A stretch of DNA of 64,000 nt, taken from the IMG/VR virus record IMGVR_UViG_3300030099_004448, positions 1 to 64,000 of that record; one strand, 5' to 3'. A model generated the notes under the pieces. It made no database searches. It saw nothing but the letters and a program-made list of their open reading frames with translations, and had not been told where the DNA came from. Of the stretch, positions 60,392-64,000 are shown piece by piece (position 1 is the first letter of the stretch; the number at the start of each line of letters is the position of its first letter). The position numbers were made by a program, and so were the translations under genes.

Positions 60392-60637
60392 ATGGATGAC
60401 GTAGTTGATATGATTGCTCAAGGTGCTTCGGCATCTGAAGTTAGTGATCGTTTGAAAGACATTTTGATGCAGAAGTCTGCTGCAAACATTGATGAAGTAA
60501 GACCACAAGTCGCTGCTTCAATGTTCGGTGCAACTCAAGCAGAAGTCGAAGCTGACGCCGAAGAAGAGGAAACTCCAGAAGCTTCTGCAGAAACAGAGAC
60601 TGAAGAAGAACCAACTCCAGAAGAGGAAACTGACTAA
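60392..60637 (+). CDS. Small acidic protein, probable gp67-like prohead core protein
   Basis: Directly after gp20, with an E-rich C-terminus like T4 prohead core peptides. Assignment is positional. Confidence 0.65.
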   Translation: MDDVVDMIAQGASASEVSDRLKDILMQKSAANIDEVRPQVAASMFGATQAEVEADAEEEETPEASAETETEEEPTPEEETD

Positions 60638-60909
60638 TGTCATATATCCGTCACGACGAAAACAATAATGAGGACTCATCTCAACCAGGAGTTACTACTG
60701 TTTCTTATCTTGGCGGTACGACTGGTTGGTCAACAGTGACCTATCAAAATTTTAATTCTGATTATATTGCATACACTTATAACAGTAATGCTGGAGTAGG
60801 AACTAGAACTCCTGCTTCATACCAACGTCATGATGAAAACAATCAGGCAGTTGGTGTGGGTACTTATCAGAGACATGACTCTAGTAATAACGCGATAACT
60901 AGTCCATAG
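60637..60909 (+). CDS. Small protein with three YxRHD repeats (90 aa)
   Basis: YIRHDENN, YQRHDENN and YQRHDSSNN; TAATG coupling to the upstream gene. Confidence 0.75.
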   Translation: MSYIRHDENNNEDSSQPGVTTVSYLGGTTGWSTVTYQNFNSDYIAYTYNSNAGVGTRTPASYQRHDENNQAVGVGTYQRHDSSNNAITSP

Positions 60910-60911
60910 TC

Positions 60912-60918
60912 ATAAATA
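60912..60918 (+). promoter_or_regulatory. T4-type late promoter (ATAAATA)
   Basis: Intergenic, upstream of gp21. Confidence 0.65.
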
Positions 60919-60944
60919 AAATATAAGACTCTACCAATAGTGAA

Positions 60945-61595
60945 ATGAAACTAATCAGGGAAGAAATAGAGAGTGTAGACGTTATCGTCGAATCTAGGGG
61001 TGGAAAAAAATCCCTTTATATCGAAGGTGTATTTCTACAGGGCGGAATCAAGAACCGTAATGGTCGCATGTATCCCGTCGAAACTCTAGCAAAAGAAGTA
61101 AATCGTTATAACGAGAACTTCACTGGAAAAGGTCGTGCATTAGGAGAACTCGGTCACCCCGATGGACCCACTGTAAACCTTGACCGTGTTTCTCACAAAA
61201 TCACGATGCTTGAACAAAGAGGTGATAACTTCTACGGAAAAGCAAAAATTCTTTCTACTCCCATGGGTAAAATTGCATCCTCACTTTTAGGTGAAGGTGT
61301 AAAACTAGGAGTCTCTTCCCGTGGTATCGGTTCACTAAAAGAAGATACTGATGGCATCAAAGTTGTTGGTGAAGACTTCATGTTGGCAACTGCTGCTGAC
61401 ATCGTAGCAGATCCTTCTGCACCTGATGCTTTTGTTGATGGAATCATGGAAGGAAAGGAGTGGGTATGGGAAGGTAGCATCCTTCGCGAAAAGAAAGCGG
61501 AAATAACTAAGACCCGTATAAATACCCTCGTAGACCAAGGAAGACTCGACGAACAGAAGTTAAATCTGTTCAATGACTTCTTGTCGTCACTATAA
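60945..61595 (+). CDS. gp21: Prohead core protease gp21
   Basis: LYIEGVFLQ...KNRNGRMYP, RALGELGHP.GP.VNLDRVSH, LGVSSRG.GSL and ADIVADPSAPDAFV.GIME. Confidence 0.98.
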   Translation: MKLIREEIESVDVIVESRGGKKSLYIEGVFLQGGIKNRNGRMYPVETLAKEVNRYNENFTGKGRALGELGHPDGPTVNLDRVSHKITMLEQRGDNFYGKAKILSTPMGKIASSLLGEGVKLGVSSRGIGSLKEDTDGIKVVGEDFMLATAADIVADPSAPDAFVDGIMEGKEWVWEGSILREKKAEITKTRINTLVDQGRLDEQKLNLFNDFLSSL

Positions 61596-61607
61596 GTTGC
61601 TTCAACT

Positions 61608-61615
61608 TATAAATA
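61608..61615 (+). promoter_or_regulatory. T4 late promoter (TATAAATA)
   Basis: Perfect consensus upstream of gp22. Confidence 0.85.
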
Positions 61616-61650
61616 AATAAAGATTATACAAAGGTAATCGGAGAGTACAA

Positions 61651-62862
61651 ATGTCCAGTGGTAACGATTTACAAGAAATGGAAGTAGGCACAACTCAATC
61701 CAAAACCGCTGTTAATGCTAAAGCGGCTCCCGCTGCAGCACCTGAAACCAGTGCAACTCCTGTTGCGACCCCTGGACAGGCAGCATCTTACGAGGATCTG
61801 GGTGGACCAACTCCAGAAAACAGCAAGCCAGATGACGGCAGCAATATGCTGAAGACACCTGGTGCTACGCTGAAGCAGGTCAAAGATGTAGTAAACAAGG
61901 GTGCAGCCCCTGCTGATGCAGCAGATAGTTCTGCAACTCCAGTTTCTACCCCAGGTCAAGGCGGTAAAATGGAAGAGGTTGAAGCCGAAGGCGAAGTCGT
62001 CGCTGAAGAAGAGACTGCTGAAGAAGCAGTTGTTTCTGAAGAGGAGGCAACCGAAACCACCGACGAGACTGAAGTCGTAGCTGAGTCCGAGGAGACCACC
62101 GAAGAAGAAATTCTTACTGGTGAAGAACTCGATTCTGCAATTGAAGAAGATGTTAACGCACTTCTTTCTGGCGACGAGTCACTTTCCGAGGAGTTCAGAG
62201 AAAAGGCAAAACTAGTTTTTGAAGCTGCTCTGGGCGCCAAAGCCAAGGAAATCTCTGCAGAACTCGAAGAGCAGTATGCTACTGCACTTTCTGAGGAAGT
62301 TGCTGAAATCAAAGTAGAACTAACCGAGCGTGTAGATTCATACCTTGAGTATGTTTCTGCTGAGTGGTTAGAAGAAAATGCTCTATCTATCGAAAATGGT
62401 CTCAAGTCTGAGATCACGGAATCCTTCATTACTGGTATGAAGGGTCTCTTTGAAGAACATTATGTATCGATGCCTGAAGAAAAATATGATGTACTAGAGA
62501 GCATGGTACAGAAATTAGATGAAATGGAGACAAAACTCAACGAACAGATTGAGAAGAATATTTCTCTCAATAAGCAGCTTGGTGAATCCACAGCTGAATC
62601 TGTTTTCAACAGAGTTTGCGAAGGTCTTGCTGTTTCCCAAAAGGATAAGCTTCAGTCCCTCGTAGAGAATGTTGAGTTTGAGAGTGAAAATGACTATTAC
62701 CAGAAGCTGGTAACTCTTAGGGAGTCATACTTCCCAAGAAACGCTGGTACTCCAGCAAACGAAACGGAAGAAACACTAACCGAGGAAGCGGCACCAACGG
62801 AAGAATTATCTTCTACTATGGACGCTTATGTTCGCGCTCTTTCCACCGTTGCTAAAAAGTGA
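61651..62862 (+). CDS. gp22: Prohead core scaffolding protein gp22
   Basis: LSEEFREKAKLVFEAAL, L.ERVDSYLEYV..EW..EN, ITESF..GMK.LFEEHY and KL.TLRESYF; acidic coiled coil between gp21 and gp23. Confidence 0.95.
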   Translation: MSSGNDLQEMEVGTTQSKTAVNAKAAPAAAPETSATPVATPGQAASYEDLGGPTPENSKPDDGSNMLKTPGATLKQVKDVVNKGAAPADAADSSATPVSTPGQGGKMEEVEAEGEVVAEEETAEEAVVSEEEATETTDETEVVAESEETTEEEILTGEELDSAIEEDVNALLSGDESLSEEFREKAKLVFEAALGAKAKEISAELEEQYATALSEEVAEIKVELTERVDSYLEYVSAEWLEENALSIENGLKSEITESFITGMKGLFEEHYVSMPEEKYDVLESMVQKLDEMETKLNEQIEKNISLNKQLGESTAESVFNRVCEGLAVSQKDKLQSLVENVEFESENDYYQKLVTLRESYFPRNAGTPANETEETLTEEAAPTEELSSTMDAYVRALSTVAKK

Positions 62863-62920
62863 GTTTTAGATAATACTCAAACCGCACCTAACAACATCTT
62901 ACGAGGTATAGAAAAGTAAA

Positions 62921-64000
62921 ATGGACGGACAAAACCTACAACAATTACAGGAGAAGTGGGCTCCTATCCTTAATCACGAAAATTTCAGTGATATTGCCGA
63001 TTCCCACAAGAGAGGAGTTGTTGCACAGCTCCTAGAGAACCAAGAGAAAGAGTCTCAAGAGACCGCTTCCTTCCTTGGAGAAGCTGCACCAACTAACTCA
63101 GGTCATGCACCTGCAGGTTCTAACGTTGCTGGCTTCGATCCCGTTCTGATCTCCTTGATCAGACGCTCCATGCCTAACCTGATCGCATACGACATCTGCG
63201 GCGTTCAGCCAATGAGTGGTCCTACTGGACTTATCTTCGCAATGCGTTCCCGTCAGTCCGCTCAGGACGGAACCGAGACCTTCTTCGATGAAGTCGATTC
63301 CGCATTCTCTGGTCAGGACAACGACAGTTCCCTCACTGGTGGTTTCTCTGATGCCGCTGCTGGTATGGGTACTGATGCACAAGCAGGTACTAACCCAAGT
63401 GCGCTGAACCCAGTTGGTTCTGCAAACTCCCTCGGTTACACCGTTGGTCAGGGTATGTCCACCGCTGAGGCTGAAGCTCTCGGAGACGGTGCGAACAACC
63501 ACTTCAACCAGATGGCATTCTCTATCGAGAAAGTCACTGTAACCGCTAAGTCCAGAGCACTCAAAGCTGAGTACTCCTTGGAACTCGCACAAGACCTCAA
63601 GGCGATTCACGGTCTGAACGCTGAGGCTGAGTTGGCAAACATCCTGTCAACTGAGATCCTCGCTGAAATCAACCGCGAAGTCATCAGAACTATCTACAAG
63701 GTTGCTGAACAGGGTGCAACTGCAAACGTTGCAACCGCAGGTACTTTCGACCTCGACGTTGACTCCAACGGTCGTTGGTCTGTTGAGAAGTTCAAGGGTC
63801 TTCTGTTCCAAATCGAGCGCGATGCCAACGCAATCGCACAAAGAACTCGTAGAGGAAAGGGCAACACCATCATCTGCTCCGCAGACGTTGCTTCCGCTCT
63901 AACCATGGCTGGTGTACTCGATTACACCCCTGCACTCAACGCTAACCTTAACGTTGATGACACTGGTAACACCTTCGCTGGTGTTCTCCAAGGTAAGTAT
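62921..64000 (+). CDS. gp23: Major capsid protein gp23 (5' part; runs off the window, so absent from ORF track)
   Basis: Hand translation from ATG 62921: MDGQNLQQLQEKWAPILNH...FLGEAAPTNS...AGFDPVLISLIRRSMPNLIAYDICGVQPMSGPTGLIFAMRS...FSIEKVTVTAKSRALKAEYSLELAQDLKAIHGLNAE. Confidence 0.99.
   Translation, partial: MDGQNLQQLQEKWAPILNHENFSDIADSHKRGVVAQLLENQEKESQETASFLGEAAPTNSGHAPAGSNVAGFDPVLISLIRRSMPNLIAYDICGVQPMSGPTGLIFAMRSRQSAQDGTETFFDEVDSAFSGQDNDSSLTGGFSDAAAGMGTDAQAGTNPSALNPVGSANSLGYTVGQGMSTAEAEALGDGANNHFNQMAFSIEKVTVTAKSRALKAEYSLELAQDLKAIHGLNAEAELANILSTEILAEINREVIRTIYKVAEQGATANVATAGTFDLDVDSNGRWSVEKFKGLLFQIERDANAIAQRTRRGKGNTIICSADVASALTMAGVLDYTPALNANLNVDDTGNTFAGVLQGKY

Noticed and set aside
63098-63906. 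Antisense and alternative-frame ORFs over the last kilobase
   Set aside because: They shadow gp23, which the track omitted only because its stop lies beyond the window.
1-64000. CRISPR array, tRNA genes, recoded stop codons or programmed frameshifts
   Set aside because: No regularly spaced repeats or cloverleaf/T-loop signatures were found by eye. All core genes are intact in the standard code, and the gene overlaps are ordinary TGATG/TAATG coupling. A tRNAscan/CRISPR tool run would be needed to exclude these formally.

Overview
A 64-kb segment of a T4-like cyanophage (cyanomyovirus, Kyanoviridae-type) genome. All credible genes are on the + strand. The first ~4 kb holds small hypothetical genes with host-like sigma70 promoters, a structured non-coding stretch (~930-1170), a GT-A glycosyltransferase-like gene and an SGNH-hydrolase-like gene. 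The late morphogenesis cluster follows: gp25-gp6-gp7 (4877 aa)-gp8-VrlC/DUF4815-like protein-several virion proteins-3581 aa tail fibre/spike with a C-terminal S74 chaperone-gp13-gp14-gp15-gp16-737 aa modular protein-55 aa NblA-like ORF-gp17-Zn-ribbon ORF-gp18-gp19-gp20-two small ORFs-gp21-gp22-gp23 (cut by the window end). T4-type late promoters (TATAAATA/CTAAATA/ATAAATA) precede most units. I recognised no tRNA, rRNA, CRISPR array, intron, intein or transposase. Family assignments are from recalled motifs and synteny, not database searches. Best leads: (1) an NblA-like (phycobilisome degradation adaptor) micro-ORF missed by the ORF track between the terminase genes; (2) a putative prohead-protease-processed polyprotein; (3) a pervasive G-x-x-T motif in virion proteins beside a glycosyltransferase/SGNH pair; (4) a ~500-aa helical block shared by gp7 and the tail fibre; (5) hairpins coupled to late promoters that could gate translation; (6) a repeat- and hairpin-rich non-coding locus at the left end.
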